Shown: piece after piece, positions 27,025 to 40,866 of the stretch
Layout of the letters: each line of letters begins with the position of its first letter
Numbering within the stretch: the first letter of the stretch is position 1
NCBI GenBank assembly: GCA_964016885.1
Contig: OZ024741.1
Span: forward strand, 212,164,001-212,228,000
Origin: Eledone cirrhosa
Lineage: Eukaryota
Direction of reading: 5' to 3'
Length of the DNA stretch: 64,000 nucleotides
Made by a program: the position numbers and the translations under genes
The notes under the pieces: generated by a model
What the model was told of the DNA's origin: nothing
What the model saw: the letters and a program-made list of their open reading frames with translations, nothing else
The model's database searches: none

Positions 27025-27330
27025 AATCACTCCAGGTAGAGCCGCTATTTCTCTGAATTAAGAGATCACAGTTCAGATACTATGGCCAGGTGGTTAGAAT
27101 GTCTGAGGAAAGGATCACTGGACAGGTTTTTACGATCGAAACCAGCCGCAGGAGACATAGGGGTAGACGCCGAACTAGATGTTTGGATAACATCCATAAG
27201 CTAGGCTGGTCGCACTTGGGGATCCAGCCGGAGCAGTTGGATACGGCTGCTTTTAACATGATCTGCTGGAGTTAGTGTTTGAGGACTCTGTCCCCACGGA
27301 CCTACAGGAATAAGTGGGCGAAGAAGAAGG
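27025..27330 (+). mobile_element. RTE (Rex3/Expander-like) LINE 3' end
   Basis: VEPLFL*IKRSQFRYYGQVVRMSEERITGQVF...RGRRRTRCLDNI; GAA-rich tail. Confidence 0.8.
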
Positions 27331-27448
27331 TGCAGAAGAAACCAGTTGTGCAGATATTGATACAATACAATAATAAACCCTATATTAACAAAATGATTAC
27401 CAATTTGGAAGATATTAATTAAAAGTAGTGAGCAAAAGCAGATCTATA

Positions 27449-27802
27449 CAGTAGTACCTCGGTTTACAAACGCCTCTCATCACGAACAAATTGGTTCACG
27501 AACAATGTTTCCTAACATAAAACGTCTCGGCTGGCGAATGGTGTTTCGAGTAACGAACACAGAAACCGGCAACAACAGTTGGCTACGGGCTGGGAGTATC
27601 GGCGAGAAAGCGTCACTTGCTGTGTAGTTAGGTACTATGATGATATCTATCTATCTTTCTTTCACACACAGTCTCTCTCTCTTTCTCTCCTCTGTATTTT
27701 TCTCTCAACATTTCTTATGGGAAAATAATTTCAGTTTCCGTAAACTTCGGACGACGAACGGCCTTCAGGAACGAATTAAGTTAATGAAGCAAGGTTCAAC
27801 TG
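27449..27802. mobile_element. pogo/Tigger-type MITE
   Basis: TA|CAGTAGTACCTCGGTTTAC ... AAGCAAGGTTCAACTG imperfect TIRs. Confidence 0.7.
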
Positions 27803-27930
27803 CATAAAGAAAATAGCAAGAAGATTAAAAGAAAGTCTCAACAAAAGATTTTAACATTCGACATTTTCTCAAGAAACCCCCCTAACCCCACAAAATCTCG
27901 ACCTTATTTTCCAGTAAAAGAATAACAAGT

Positions 27931-28670
27931 GGTGATTGCTAACTGCCAGAGTTGGTCTGACAACACCAAGGATTGATCAGGTCTCAACACTACGACTCTT
28001 TAGTAGGGTAGAGACCAGTCGTCATTTCTGACTACCAGAGCTTACAGAGTGTCACCCATATGACTGGCTGCACCAGTTACTGTAATATAATTGTTTCTAC
28101 TTTTGGCACAAGGCCAGCAAATACCCAGTGCATTACTGGTATTTTATGTTATAGACCCCGTAAGGATGAAAGGCAAAGTTAACCTCGGCGGGATTTGAAC
28201 TCAGAATGGTAAGGGTAGTAACTATATGCTGTTAAGCATGGCGTCCGACCCTCTACCGATACCGCCAATCCACCGTAATATAATTATGAAGATATATTTC
28301 TTAATTAAGTGTTGATTGCTAACTGCCAGAGTTGGTCTGACAACACCAAGGATTGACCAGGTCTCAACACTACGACCCTTTAGTAGGGTATAAACCAATG
28401 GTCATTTCTGAATACCAGAGCTTACAGAGTGTCACCCATATGACTGGCTGCACCAATTGTAGCAATATATTCAAGTGGGGATTGCTATCAGAGCTGGCCT
28501 GACAAGACCAAGGATTGACCAGATCAAAACACTAAGACCCTTTTATGTATAACAGAGGAGAGAGAGACCAGTGGTCATTTCTAACTACCAGTACTTGCAG
28601 AGTGTCACCAATAGAACTGGCTATATCAGTTGCGGTAATATGATGATGAAGATATATTTCTTAATTAACA
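27931..28670. repeat. ~160-190 bp unit x3, interrupted by a SINE (28093-28275, minus) with TSD
   Basis: GATTGCTAACTGCCAGAGTTGGTCTGACAACACCAAGGATTGA at about 27934, 28314 and 28480; TAATATAATT duplicated at 28083 and 28276. Confidence 0.85.
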
Positions 28671-28701
28671 CAACTGTTTTATATAAGGGAACATTTATAT
28701 A

Positions 28702-28781
28702 CAGAGTGTCTCCTAAAATTGTATACACACTATTGCCTGAACAGGTAATCAAAGTGTGTATACATTTTTTGGGGCACCCTG
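28702..28781. mobile_element. 80-bp Tc1-like MITE
   Basis: TA|CAGAGTGTCTCCTAAAATTGTATACACACT ... AGTGTGTATACATTTTTTGGGGCACCCTG. Confidence 0.75.
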
Positions 28782-29207
28782 CATATTGAAACACGACACG
28801 GATTCAAGAAAACTGCACTCTGTAGAAAAATGTTGAGTCGAGATCAAATTTTTCTGAAAACGATATCGATTAAATGACTAAAAAAGCTGGGTCACTAGGA
28901 ACAGGTAAAAGCATATCTTTCAAACCATGTACCTTGGAGCTTTACATAATATTAAAGTTTGATATCAATAATTTCATCTTAATGATAAACGTTCGTTTAA
29001 CTAGTTTTCTTATTGGCTCTTAGCGAATACTAACTGCACTGATAAGAAAACTCTAGAATCGAACTTTCCAGAAGTGCTAAGTAATTAAAGTGGGAAATTA
29101 AAAACTAATTAATGATAATTAAATTTGTGTCTAAAATAATTATCTTTTAATTATCAATGTTATATTTATCGATCGTCATGTTTTATAAGACGTTATTAAT
29201 ACTGAAA

Positions 29208-30475
29208 GCGGTGGATTGGCAGATTGGTAGAGCGTCGGACCAAATGCTTCTCTGCATAGAATTACAGCCCTTTACGTTCTGGTTTCAAATAACGCTGAGC
29301 TTAGCTTTGCCTTCCTTCATTACGGTGTCGATAAAATAAAGTACCAGTATTTCATTAGGGTCGATTTAATCAACTGTCCCATCCCCTTTAGATAGCTGGA
29401 CTTGTGCCTTAAGTAGAAACAGTTATTAATACTGAAATATAATAACTTTCTTTGTAGACAACTGTCATATCATGAGAAGTTCAAACACCATACTGGTTCT
29501 ACATAACTTTGGTAAAAGGAATATAGGAAGTCACTTGGATTACTGGTTCGTGTGTTCGGCTTGCAATTGTAAGGTTGTGAGTTCAATTCCGGGTGAAGTG
29601 TTGTTTCCTTGAACAAGACATTTTATTTCACGTTACTCCAGTTTACTCAGCTGCAGAAATGAGATGATAGGACTGGGGTCCCTATCATGAAATTACCCAA
29701 GACACCTCCAACGAAATATATCTTGGGGGAGGCCAGCTAAACCTGCATAGGTGTGAGCTGTTACACACATAATCGTAAGGTTGTGAGTTCAATTCCCAGC
29801 AGCCCCGTTGTGTCCTTAAGAAAGACATTTTATTTCACATTGCTCCAGTCCACTCAGCTGGCAAACATTAGTTGTATCTGTAATTCGAACAGTCAGCCTT
29901 GTCACATTCTGTGTCACACTGAATCTCCCTGTGAACTACGTTAAGGGTACGTGTGTTTGTAGAATGCTCAGTCACTTGCAAGTTAATTTCATGAGCAGGC
30001 TGTTCCATTGATCGTATCAACAGGAACACTCGTTGTCACCCATATGCACTGAGTGCCACTATAAATAATAACTTTCTCTCTAGACAACTGTCATACCATG
30101 AAGAGTTTGAATAACATATTGGTTCTACAAGGCTGTGTGTAGTAAATGGAATATACGAAGCCACGTAGCTTAATGCTTCGTGTGTTCGGGTCACAATCGT
30201 AAGGTGGAGAGTTCGATTTCCGGCGGTGTTTTGGTGTCGTTGAACAAGAAATTTATTTCATATTGTCCCAGTTCATTCAGCTGCCAAAAATGAGTTGTAC
30301 CTATAATTTACAAGTCCAGCCATATTACACACGCTACCATGTTGATTCTCCCTGAGATATAGGTAAAAGTTACACGTGTCTGTGCGATACTCGGTCAATA
30401 TGTATATGTTAATTTCATGAGCAAGCAGTTCCGTTGATCAAACAAGAATCGTCGCCGCAAACGACGGAGATCCAA
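29208..30475 (+). mobile_element. SINE cluster (one Meta-like plus three CORE-like copies) within a local duplication
   Basis: B boxes at about 29580, 29787 and 30210; ATAATAACTTTCT..TAGACAACTGTCATA repeated at about 29439 and 30065. Confidence 0.75.
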
Positions 30476-30666
30476 TACCGATACACATTAAAATAAGATC
30501 CATATACTCCTTCCTGGTGATAGTGCTGGGGGCGGATCTTTAAAATAGTGTAGACTTAGAATGGATCTTCATCGGTGTCAACGGTGACTGTTTCCGTTGT
30601 TTGTTCAATGAACCAGTGTGCTCGTGAAATTAACACACAAATGACTGAGCATTCCAAAGACCGCTG

Positions 30667-30857
30667 TATGAGGATCGGCTGAAAATTTCATGAAGGAATG
30701 ATGTTAGAGCTGTGAAATCTTGCATGCATCAATTTCAATTCTTTTTAATAATAACTGCATTGTTTCTTTCCAGGGACTATGTTGAAAAATAAACCTCATT
30801 TGGTCATTCCATGAGAGTATCTTTGTCGGCCAAAGAACTTTCCAGCTGGCTCTCATG
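30667..30857. mobile_element. mariner-type MITE (related copy 32963-33085)
   Basis: TATGAGGATCGGCTGAAAATTTC ... GAACTTTCCAGCTGGCTCTCAT imperfect TIRs; shared GACTATGTTGAAAAATAA.CCTCATTTGGT. Confidence 0.65.
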
Positions 30858-31471
30858 TAAACATTTATGTATCGATGGCCGATCGATAAGATCCCAGACC
30901 TCATTTGCTTAATAAGTGGTGTGTAGCTCGTGAAATCAGAGCAAGGAAACACTGTTTCCATTGGTTTTTACAATTGCTAATACTATATATATAGTAGTGA
31001 AGGAGTGAAGAATAACATGGTCGGCTGTACAAAAAGGGTTTTATTTATAGTATTAACAATCGTTTCATTGATCAGGTGAGTCTAAAGGCCGCTAATCACT
31101 CGAGGTTGCTTCACTCGACGTTAAATACAGTGTTTACCTCTGATCAAATCATTGGAATACTGGAGGGTTTAACACATGGCATTGGTATTTATAGATACAT
31201 CGGAGAATCAAAACAATAACATCAATAATAAAAGATAATAACAAATAATAATAAAGAAGTTAGAATGTAGAGGATAAAGATGTAAAAAATAAGTACAGAA
31301 TACCATTGCTGATAATAGTAGTGGTGGTGGTGGTAGTTAAAGTTACAGTGGTGAGTAAGTGTACGTGTAACGTAGTGATGACGGTAGAGATAACAATAAC
31401 ATGAAAAGAAACATTAAATACATACATATGTAGTGGTGAAATCCCAGAGGATTAGAGTAGAAAATAAAAAA

Positions 31472-31660
31472 AATAATTGTTTCTACTTTAGGCACAAGGC
31501 CAGCAATTAACCAGTGCATTACTGGTACTTTTATTTTATCGAAACCGTAAGGATGAAAGGCAAAGTCAACCTCGGCGGGATTTTAACTCAGATCGTAAAG
31601 GGACGTAACTATGCTGGAAAGCATGGCGTCCGATCCTCTACCGATACTGCCAATCCACCG
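31472..31660 (-). mobile_element. Meta-like tRNA-SINE, full length
   Basis: Family consensus match. Further copies at 34955-35148(+), 37345-37530(-), 39476-39645(+), 56645-56790(+) and 60170-60265(+). Confidence 0.85.
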
Positions 31661-31775
31661 ATAATAACAAAAAACTCGCTACCCAAATATGGAAACCTCT
31701 TGTTGAGTCAAACAACGCCGTACGTTATAACTATCCATAATACAGAGTACTCACAAACTCTAACCGGATTACCTA

Positions 31776-31815
<40 letters not shown>

Positions 31816-31976
31816 TTAATTGTACTATTTATGGTTATGTAAATACAAAAACCTTTTGCAGTTATATGTATTTTTTTATACAAACCCTAAATAGTGGTAG
31901 GCAATAATGTATTACTTCCTTATTTCCAGTAAGTTAAGTAGCTCAATGTAAAAACATCAGATGATTTACAGAGCAG

Positions 31977-32256
31977 TTATATGAAATATAAGAATCAAAG
32001 AACTGTTCAAAACATTATTGTGCTTACAGCTGTTTCCTCCAAACCGATGAATGTAATCTCGAAGTGTGTACTGCCACTCTAAATGCTGTAATGAATGTTG
32101 ACCCACAATATTTGCATATGTATCGGTATGTCTCTTGGCTGAAAAGGAGGTCATATAATTGTCCATTCATTAATAAATTGCTCCGAAGAATCCAAACCTC
32201 GGTTTGGAGGAAACAGCTGTAAGCACAATAATGTTTTGAACAGTTCTTTGATTCTT

Positions 32257-32268
<12 letters not shown>
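31977..32268. mobile_element. Inverted repeat element (70 bp arms) with HHR at 32179-32225
   Basis: 31978-32047 is the reverse complement of 32199-32268. TGCT-CCGAAGA-a-TCCAAACC tc GGTTTGGA-g-GAAA-CAGCTG-TA-AGCA (U4>C). Confidence 0.8.
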
Positions 32269-32304
<36 letters not shown>

Positions 32305-32370
32305 CAAGGTTTAGCAAATAAGAAAAAGTTTCTAAATAAATTTTTAAAAATTAACTTTACTTACTATGGT

Positions 32371-32455
32371 TACCTTTACCAGATCGGTTTCGAGTCTCAA
32401 AAATAAACGGAGTCCATACGGCATCCGTTGCAAAGATAAACTCTCGTCAGAAGTA
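32371..32455 (-). ncRNA. Hammerhead ribozyme (type I)
   Basis: Minus strand TACTT-CTGACGA-GAGT..AACGGA..TCCGTT..ACTC-GAAA-CC gatct GG-TA-AAGGTA; the unit is flanked by (TA)n. Confidence 0.8.
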
Positions 32456-32716
32456 TCTTTTCACTCGGAGAATATACAATTTCCGAGTTCAAATTACAAA
32501 CTGGTGCTATTCAAAATTGTTCCCTAGATGAGAGAAAATGAAGTGGAATCAATTCTTTCAAGTGCTGTGTGTAAAGATAGAGGCAGAGGCAGGGAGGTCA
32601 CACGGCTCCCGCTATAACTAGCAGCAGTCAGAGCGACCAAATGTTTTTCTCAACCAAGAGGAGGTAAGTAATAATAGAGTACATGTTCCCACACACACAA
32701 GGCGCTGAGGGACACA

Positions 32717-32830
<114 letters not shown>

Positions 32831-32831
32831 T

Positions 32832-32936
<105 letters not shown>

Positions 32937-33652
32937 TTAAACAACACAATCGGTACAGTATATGTACGAGGAAATGCTGACACGTTAGTAGGTTCAGAGA
33001 CTGACTATGTTGAAAAATAATCCTCATTTGGTTGTTCCATGTGAGTATCTTGGTCAGCCAAAGAACTCCCTAGCTGACCCTAGCATGTCCTTAATGTAAT
33101 TCCTAGACAGATTCAGCGTGTCACTGTGTGACAAGGAGGAGACGTTGAATTACATGTAACAGTCCAACCCACACAGGCTCCAAAATATTTTTCCTCAACC
33201 AAACGTCACTTGCATTGCTTGGGTTTACTTGTAGCTATGATAATAAAACTAGTTTAAAATTCCACGCAAAGAAATTGAACTCGGGACCTAGTAATTATTA
33301 AGGGATATTCATAACCATAATAACCATGCTTCTTACGAGGGTACATCTAATAACATGTCTCTGTTTTAACGATAAGGGCTATGTTCCTATCACATCACCA
33401 ATTTTCTGATGACAAGAGGTTGGATTTCAACTCAAGATGGACAGAGCATTTGCGGTTGGTGTTATTGACGTTGGAAGTAGTAACAGTAATAGAAATTGTA
33501 ATAGTAGTATTATTAAAAGCAGTAGTAGCAGATAATTATTTTTATTAGTAGTAGCATTAGACAATTCCACCTAATTGTTTGGGTTTATTTTACATATATT
33601 TATTGTTTTTCCTTTTTTCTTTTGCAATTACAACTCCACCTCACGCGGTGCC

Positions 33653-33686
<34 letters not shown>

Positions 33687-33766
33687 GCATTTATATATAA
33701 AAACAAATATATATGTATGTATATCAATCTCTCTCTTTCTCTCTCTCTCTATATATATATATACGC

Positions 33767-33822
<56 letters not shown>

Positions 33823-33826
33823 TATA

Positions 33827-33858
<32 letters not shown>

Positions 33859-33937
33859 CTATATCTATATATATCTATATCTATATCTATATATAAATGC
33901 TAATATATATATAAACAAATATATATATAAGCATATT

Positions 33938-33991
<54 letters not shown>

Positions 33992-34073
33992 AATGCATTT
34001 ATATATATATAAACAAATATATATATATAGCTATATATCTATCTATATCTCTATTAATGCATTTATATATATA

Positions 34074-34110
<37 letters not shown>

Positions 34111-34115
34111 CTATA

Positions 34116-34189
<74 letters not shown>

Positions 34190-36459
34190 TGTTTATATAT
34201 ATAAATGCGTGTAACTGTAGGCACTTCTCTCCCTTTTTTCGTCATATTTCGCATGTATAAATATATTGTTCAAGTCTATCATAAAAATCTTAACCAATTA
34301 TATTATAAATATAATCCCTCTTCCCTCTATATCTAGAAGACATGACTCATCTCCCCCCCCCCGTCCTTCGTTATTACATATTTTCTAATAGTTCCCACCG
34401 AATTGTCGAATCACTATATACAGTACATTAACCAAATCTCGTGTTACGTTACATAATCTCGTTTGATTTTCTGTGTTCTAGGGTGTTCTGACCTTTTGTT
34501 TGTCCCACCCTCCACCTCGCTAAAAGTTTGTTACAAATACATAAAACTGAGATCTCTCCTAATATATTGATCAAACAGCAGCTACATTTACTGAGAAGTT
34601 GATCCTAAGAGTTTTATATATCACAAAACATCCATTTACAAAGGTTATGTCGACCCTATATTTATATAGCTTAAATATCGTCAAATAAATGAATGAATGA
34701 ATATAACATTATATATATATATATATGGAGTGAGAGAGAGATTCCGAGTTAAAATGGGAGTAACAACATTTAAAAAGGTTGTAAATACATTAGTAGTGTA
34801 AACATCATACTTAATATAGAAATAGTTTCTACAGCACTAGAAGCTTTTCATTCGTGCGATATCATTATTTCCTGATGATTTTATACGAATGAAACAGTTC
34901 TAGTCCAGTAGACGCCTTATATTTTGTTCTTTGCATTTATTATTACTATTGTTAGGGCGGTGGATTGGCAGTATCGGTAGAGGTTCGGACGCTATGCCTT
35001 TCAGCAAATAGTTACGGCCCTTTATGGTCTGAGTTCAAATCCCGCCGAGGTTAACTTTACTTTTCATCCTTACGGGGTCGATAAAATAAGGTACCAGTAA
35101 TTCAATGGGATAATTGCTGGCCTTGTGCCAAAAGTAGAAACAATTATTACTATTGTTGCCATAAAAATACACGGACTTGTTGGTTTTTCACTTCATCTTA
35201 TAAATAAATTGACTATATATATATAAATACTGCATCTAGTTGCTCTGGAGATTCAACTGTGTTCTCCCCGGAACATCATCCGTATGTGTATTCTACAGAC
35301 AGCTGCGCTCCTTGCGTAATTCTGAAGAAGATTCAACGATACACAGTGCGTGACATGGTTGGTCCACTAAACTACAGATATATCTTATATTTTTTCCAGC
35401 TAAACCGAGTGATGCAACGAGAAATGAAATATCTTTTTCAAGGACACATAGTACTGCCAGTAATTCACAAGTTGATGATCATGGCCTGAACACTCTAATC
35501 CCTAAACCTTTATCCTGATCTATAAAATTGTTCGAAGATACACAAAGAACTATTTGAAATATGTAATCTAAAGCAGTCTCTAGTAAATACAATATGGTAT
35601 AAATAAATCAATATAAGTTTGAATAAAATAAATTTAGTTTGAAAATCAAATCTTTAACCTTGAAAAACTGTACCTGTCATCCCTTAAAATAGTCGTCGGG
35701 TAGGCATGACTAGATCATATTTCACAGGATGGTTGTGGTGATATAATATTGCAGGATTAAGTTGGTATAGTATCTCTAGTTGTTTTCACGTTTCTCCCAA
35801 TATATCTTGATCCATAAATTCTCTATAGTTATTTTATTCAATGTGTAACATTAGGTTGAAACAACGACCGGCCCTAGTAATCGAGAATGAGTTAGTAGTA
35901 TGTGCTATGCTTTTGGTAACGCGGAGAATTGGCAGAATCGTTAAAGCGCTCTAATTTCAATCCTGCTGAGAACCATTTTGCCTTTTATCCCTCCAAGTTT
36001 GATAAAGACAGTACTAGGCCAGTGCTGCTGTATACCTCTCTTTCTTCTGGCTGTCACATTATGGATACTTAACTGGATCAAGGAAATCAGGGTCATGGTG
36101 GTGTCAGTTTTCAGGGTTGATAAAGAAAGAACCAGGCCATTGCTGTTGCAGGCCTCTCTTTCTTCTTCCGACTGACACATACTTGTTACATCACTGAATC
36201 AAGAAAAGGGAATCAGGGACGAGGAGGTGTTAGTATCGGCTGCCATCTACTATAGAAGTACATATAACCCTTAGAGAAATGAACGTCCCTGCTATCAAGT
36301 CATAATCCATTCAGTGTCGGCTCTATCTGAAACACTAGTCTAAAGAACTGTAAAGTTATCTACTGAAAGGCTGCTCAGTTCTTTGAGGACACTCTTTTAA
36401 TATTTCTAACCTTCTTATAACTTGTTCTGATTATCATTTCTTTCCAGATAAATGATGAC

Positions 36460-37090
36460 AGGCATCAAGCTAACTCAGCAAATGAAATCCCATGTTGTAA
36501 TCGTTGCCTTAAAGCAGAGCATAGTGATTTAGAGATTTCTCACTTCCTGAAATTTGCATGCTCGTTTGTTGTCAAAGATCGCAAAGGGCTGGCTGGGAGC
36601 CGTTGACAAGGATTCTACAGTAGCAGTCAAATATAAAGCGCCTGTTAAGGGTCATAATACGATCAGAACACACCAATGTGTACGAAATGTGCAGAAAAGT
36701 CAATTAAAGGCATTGCTAAGGAGCTCAAAGTTCCTAGGCATACTATCGGAAGAATTGAGTATGAGGACTTTCGAATCAAGTCATATGTGATAGAGAGAGG
36801 CAAAGTCTACAAAGACAAACAATATCCGTCTGATCCACGCATACTTCTTGCTGAGCAATTTAAAACAGCAAGAACTTGGAATGCTTGGCTTTTTCTTTCA
36901 TGAGAAAAACTTTGATTTGGATCAAAAGGTCAACTGAAGCAATGGTAAATGGATATGCAGGGACACTAAAGAAGTTTCAATGGGCGTAATGTTTCTGGGA
37001 GAATTCTGAGTTAATAGAGATTATCATATATTCCCACCTTTGTCTCCAGTCTTAAAAATGAATGCTGCTGACGATAAGGTGCTGTTGGTG
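36460..37090 (+). pseudogene. Tc1/mariner superfamily (maT/DD37D-like) transposase relic
   Basis: KSIKGIAKELKVPRHTIGRI..EDFRIKSY (HTH), then a frameshifted (SD)EKNFDLDQKVN*SNGKWIC..EV..VMFLG segment. Confidence 0.7.
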
Positions 37091-37119
37091 AGGGTTGTTA
37101 GGTTTAGCTGTGTGTGTGT

Positions 37120-37335
37120 GTGTGTGACAGCTCCCACCTATGCAGGTTTAGCTGGCCTTCTCCAAGGTATATCTTGTTGGAGGTGTTTTGGGTAATTTAA
37201 TGATAGGGACCCCAGTCCTAGCATCTCATTTCTACAGCTGAGTAAACTGGAGCAACGTGAAATAAAGTGTCTTGCTCAAGGAAACAACACATCACCCGGT
37301 CCGAGAATTGAACTCACAACCTTTCGATTGCAAGC
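37120..37335 (-). mobile_element. CORE-like tRNA-SINE composite
   Basis: Reverse complement of 29545-29765. Confidence 0.8.
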
Positions 37336-38169
37336 CATTAATAGATAATTGTTTATACTTTTGGCACAAGGCCAGCAATTATCCCAGTGTATTACTGGTA
37401 CTTTATTTTATCGACCCCGTAAGGATGAAAGGCAAAGTTAACATCGACGGGATTTGAACTCAGATAATAAAGGGCCGTAACTCTTTGCTGCAAAGCATGG
37501 CGTCAGACCCTCTAACGATACTGCCAATAAAGGCAAATTACCTTCTGAATTACTTGAATTTTAAAACACACAACAGAGTGGTAACGTTATTTTCATCATA
37601 TATGAGGCTGAAATCATATATGTAAACACCAACCAAGCAGTCAGCAGTAAAATATATGTGGATATGGTGCAAGACAGGTTTAAGCAATTGTTTTACTCAC
37701 ATGTTTCGCTATTTGGACACACAGAGGTGAAGATAACCACAGCGCTTTCAAAAACATATCTAACAATTGAAAGACAGAAGTATTCCCCATCTAACGAATT
37801 TAGAATTCTATAAAAGAACAGACCATACCATAATCGGTATTAGAAATGTAGACGTCTCTAGGGATTAAAGACCAACAATTACGTTTTCAATGTCTGTTTA
37901 CACCTTTGCAAAGTTCTTGCTCTCCTCAGACGAATATCATCTCTCCGACATAGATTCAAAACAGATGAGGAGCAAAGACCACTTGAATATTGATTCCTTT
38001 TGCCTCGACTAAAAGTCTTCTGAATACCATCTTCTAGCTTTCACCTCCGTAGAAATGATATACTTATAAGTAACCTAACTTACTCATGATCGGTCAGACA
38101 GAGACGTTATAGAAAAAAGATATGAAAAAACATATCTTCATATGTTTATATATATATATATATATATAT

Positions 38170-38480
38170 ATGGGGAGGGTCATATTTGTGTAATAATATT
38201 GCCAGAATTAATAACAGAACACACTCACTGTTTGGTTGGTTTTCGCTTATGTGTCTTTTATATCGGTTAATTTAATTTATTCGGTCCTCAATGTTACCAT
38301 TGACTGACCAACGGTCAAAAATATAGATACAATATAGACACAAACACATATATATAGTTTATCAAAGTTCTTTCGTTGCACATCTGCAACCACGTCAGTG
38401 GTGCTATTATGTTTCCTCCCATTGCATTGTATGCCTACGCCATCTTTATTTAGTCTGTTTATTTATTTATTTGTTTATTT
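38170..38480 (-). mobile_element. Family A pLTR copy with degenerate HHR
   Basis: Reverse complement of about 700-1007; CTGACGT-GGTTGCAGATGTGCAAC-GAAAGAAC. Confidence 0.85.
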
Positions 38481-39246
38481 ATTTATTTATAGTAATAATA
38501 ATAAATTTGAAGACTAATTGTAATTGTTTTCACTGTGCCAAATAATGACGTATTATCTTCGTTTTTTTTTCGTTCTTTGCTGGGAACGTTTCCACGAACG
38601 AAAGTATCGTCGTCCTGTCTTCCTTCGGTTGCAACGTTTTTTGAAATATTTACTTCTGCGTTCACAGATTGACTCTTTTAGTTTCAGAAGATCCCGTTAA
38701 GGGTGAAAGCAGCGATTCTTTGCTTAAACTTTAATCTGTTATTTTAATAAATATATATATATATGTGTGTGTGTATATATATATATATGTATACACACAC
38801 ACAAACACACGTACACACACATGCACACACACACACACACACATATATACAGTATATATATCCCAGAGACTGGTGACTAGGTTCCGAATTCGATCACCCC
38901 TCCATGCACTCTGCATCATTGTGCAGAATCTGGGTAGATGTCTACGAGTGGACCTTGAAACCTAAGGTAGTACCTTTTCTTTTCTTTCTTACTTACCTTT
39001 AATAGTGTTTTTGTTTTTGTTTTTGTGAACAGCTTTGTAAAACAGGTGTAGAATCTTTAAAATAGTATAATAAAATATAACATAATATATACGCGTATGT
39101 ATGTGTGAGTGTATATATACATACACACAGATACATACATACACACATATACATACACACACACACACACCCATATATATATATACATACACACACACAC
39201 ACATATATATATATAACCTGAGTTTTTCGAATATTAATAATAATAT

Positions 39247-39306
39247 AACAGCGAACTGTACTGATGAAGGGTGATACCCAGAAACATTAGTGTCTGCAGT
39301 TCTGTT
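39247..39306 (+). ncRNA. Hammerhead ribozyme, best canonical example (family I)
   Basis: GAACTGTA-CTGATGA-a-GGGT gat ACCC-a-GAAA-CATTAGTG-TC-TGCAGTTC. The unit has a 30-bp inverted end (39216-39246 vs 39397-39428); a truncated homologue lies at 62457-62610. Confidence 0.9.
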
Positions 39307-39820
39307 TACATGCCAACATAAGAGCAAGAATAAGAGGCTCATTCTACTGACATGGCTTTAAAAAAAGTCTTGTTTGCATAATAGCATATGAATCGAATAT
39401 TATTATTAATATTCGAAAAACTCAGATTACATTTTTTGTATTCAGCCATGTAGAGCGATAATAATTATTATTATTCGGTAGAGGGTCTGACGCCATGCTT
39501 TGACGCATAGAGTTACGGCCCTTTACGATCTGGCTTGAAATCCTGTCGAGATTAACTTTGCCTTTCACCCTTACGGGGTCGATAAAACAAAGTACCTTTA
39601 ATCTACTGGATAATTGCTGGCCTTGTGCCTAAAGTAGAACCATTATTATTATTATTATATATATACTATATATATATACTATATATATATACTATATATA
39701 TATACTATATATATATATATATTTATATATATGTAGAGGTTATATTTAATTTGTTGGGATACAACAAGCAAAATATTTTTATAACTGATATAAAGCACTC
39801 AACAAATTATTGGAGTAAAT

Positions 39821-40166
39821 ATACAATATATTAACAAATGAAAACTATATTTATAAAACCATATTTATTTCATTATACATATTTCAAGGGCCACCAAGGC
39901 AAACTATGGTGCGCTTTCATCAGATAAAATATAATATAGTTTAATTTTATAAATAAATACTGACACACCCTGAAAAAAATCCAGGAGACTCCAACCAGAA
40001 TGGTTGCATTTTTTCAGGGTATGTCAATATTTATTTATAAAACTAACCTATATTATATTTTATCTGATGAAATCGCACCAGAGTTTGCCTTGGTGGCCCT
40101 TGACATATGTATAATGAAATAAATATGGTTTTATAAATATAGTTTCCATTTGTTAATATATTGTAT
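39821..40166. mobile_element. Head-to-head inverted repeat (family J), ~160 bp arms with HHRs
   Basis: Minus-arm HHR at 39866-39931: TATTTTAT-CTGATGA..CACCA/TGGTG..GAAA-TATGTA-TA-ATGAAATA. In the plus arm (40056-40121) GAAA has become GACA. Confidence 0.85.
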
Positions 40167-40480
40167 TATATATATGTATATATATAGTATATATTTATAT
40201 CCGATTCTTTCTCCCCTCTATATATTCAAATATCCCGCCGCCCTCTATATGTAGTTTATCCCTCAATATCGTTCTTCCATCAATCTCTCGTAATAATTCT
40301 TTCTCCATCAAAAAAAATGTTTCTTCTATTGAAACGCCACGTTTTACTTCTCACGGAAACAACTGAACCAACTCCATGTGATATTTTCACAATCGTTTAA
40401 ACATTTTACACACACACATATATATATATATAAACACACACACACATATATATATACACATATATATATAAACACAGTCA

Positions 40481-40534
<54 letters not shown>

Positions 40535-40552
40535 TATATATATAAACACACT

Positions 40553-40595
<43 letters not shown>

Positions 40596-40646
40596 ACAGA
40601 CACACATATATATATACACATATATATATAAACACACTCACACATA

Positions 40647-40682
<36 letters not shown>

Positions 40683-40759
40683 AACACAGACACACATATA
40701 TATACATATATATATATAGACACACACACATACACACACACACACACACATATATATAA

Positions 40760-40809
<50 letters not shown>

Positions 40810-40835
40810 ACACAGACACATATATATACATATAA

Positions 40836-40866
<31 letters not shown>

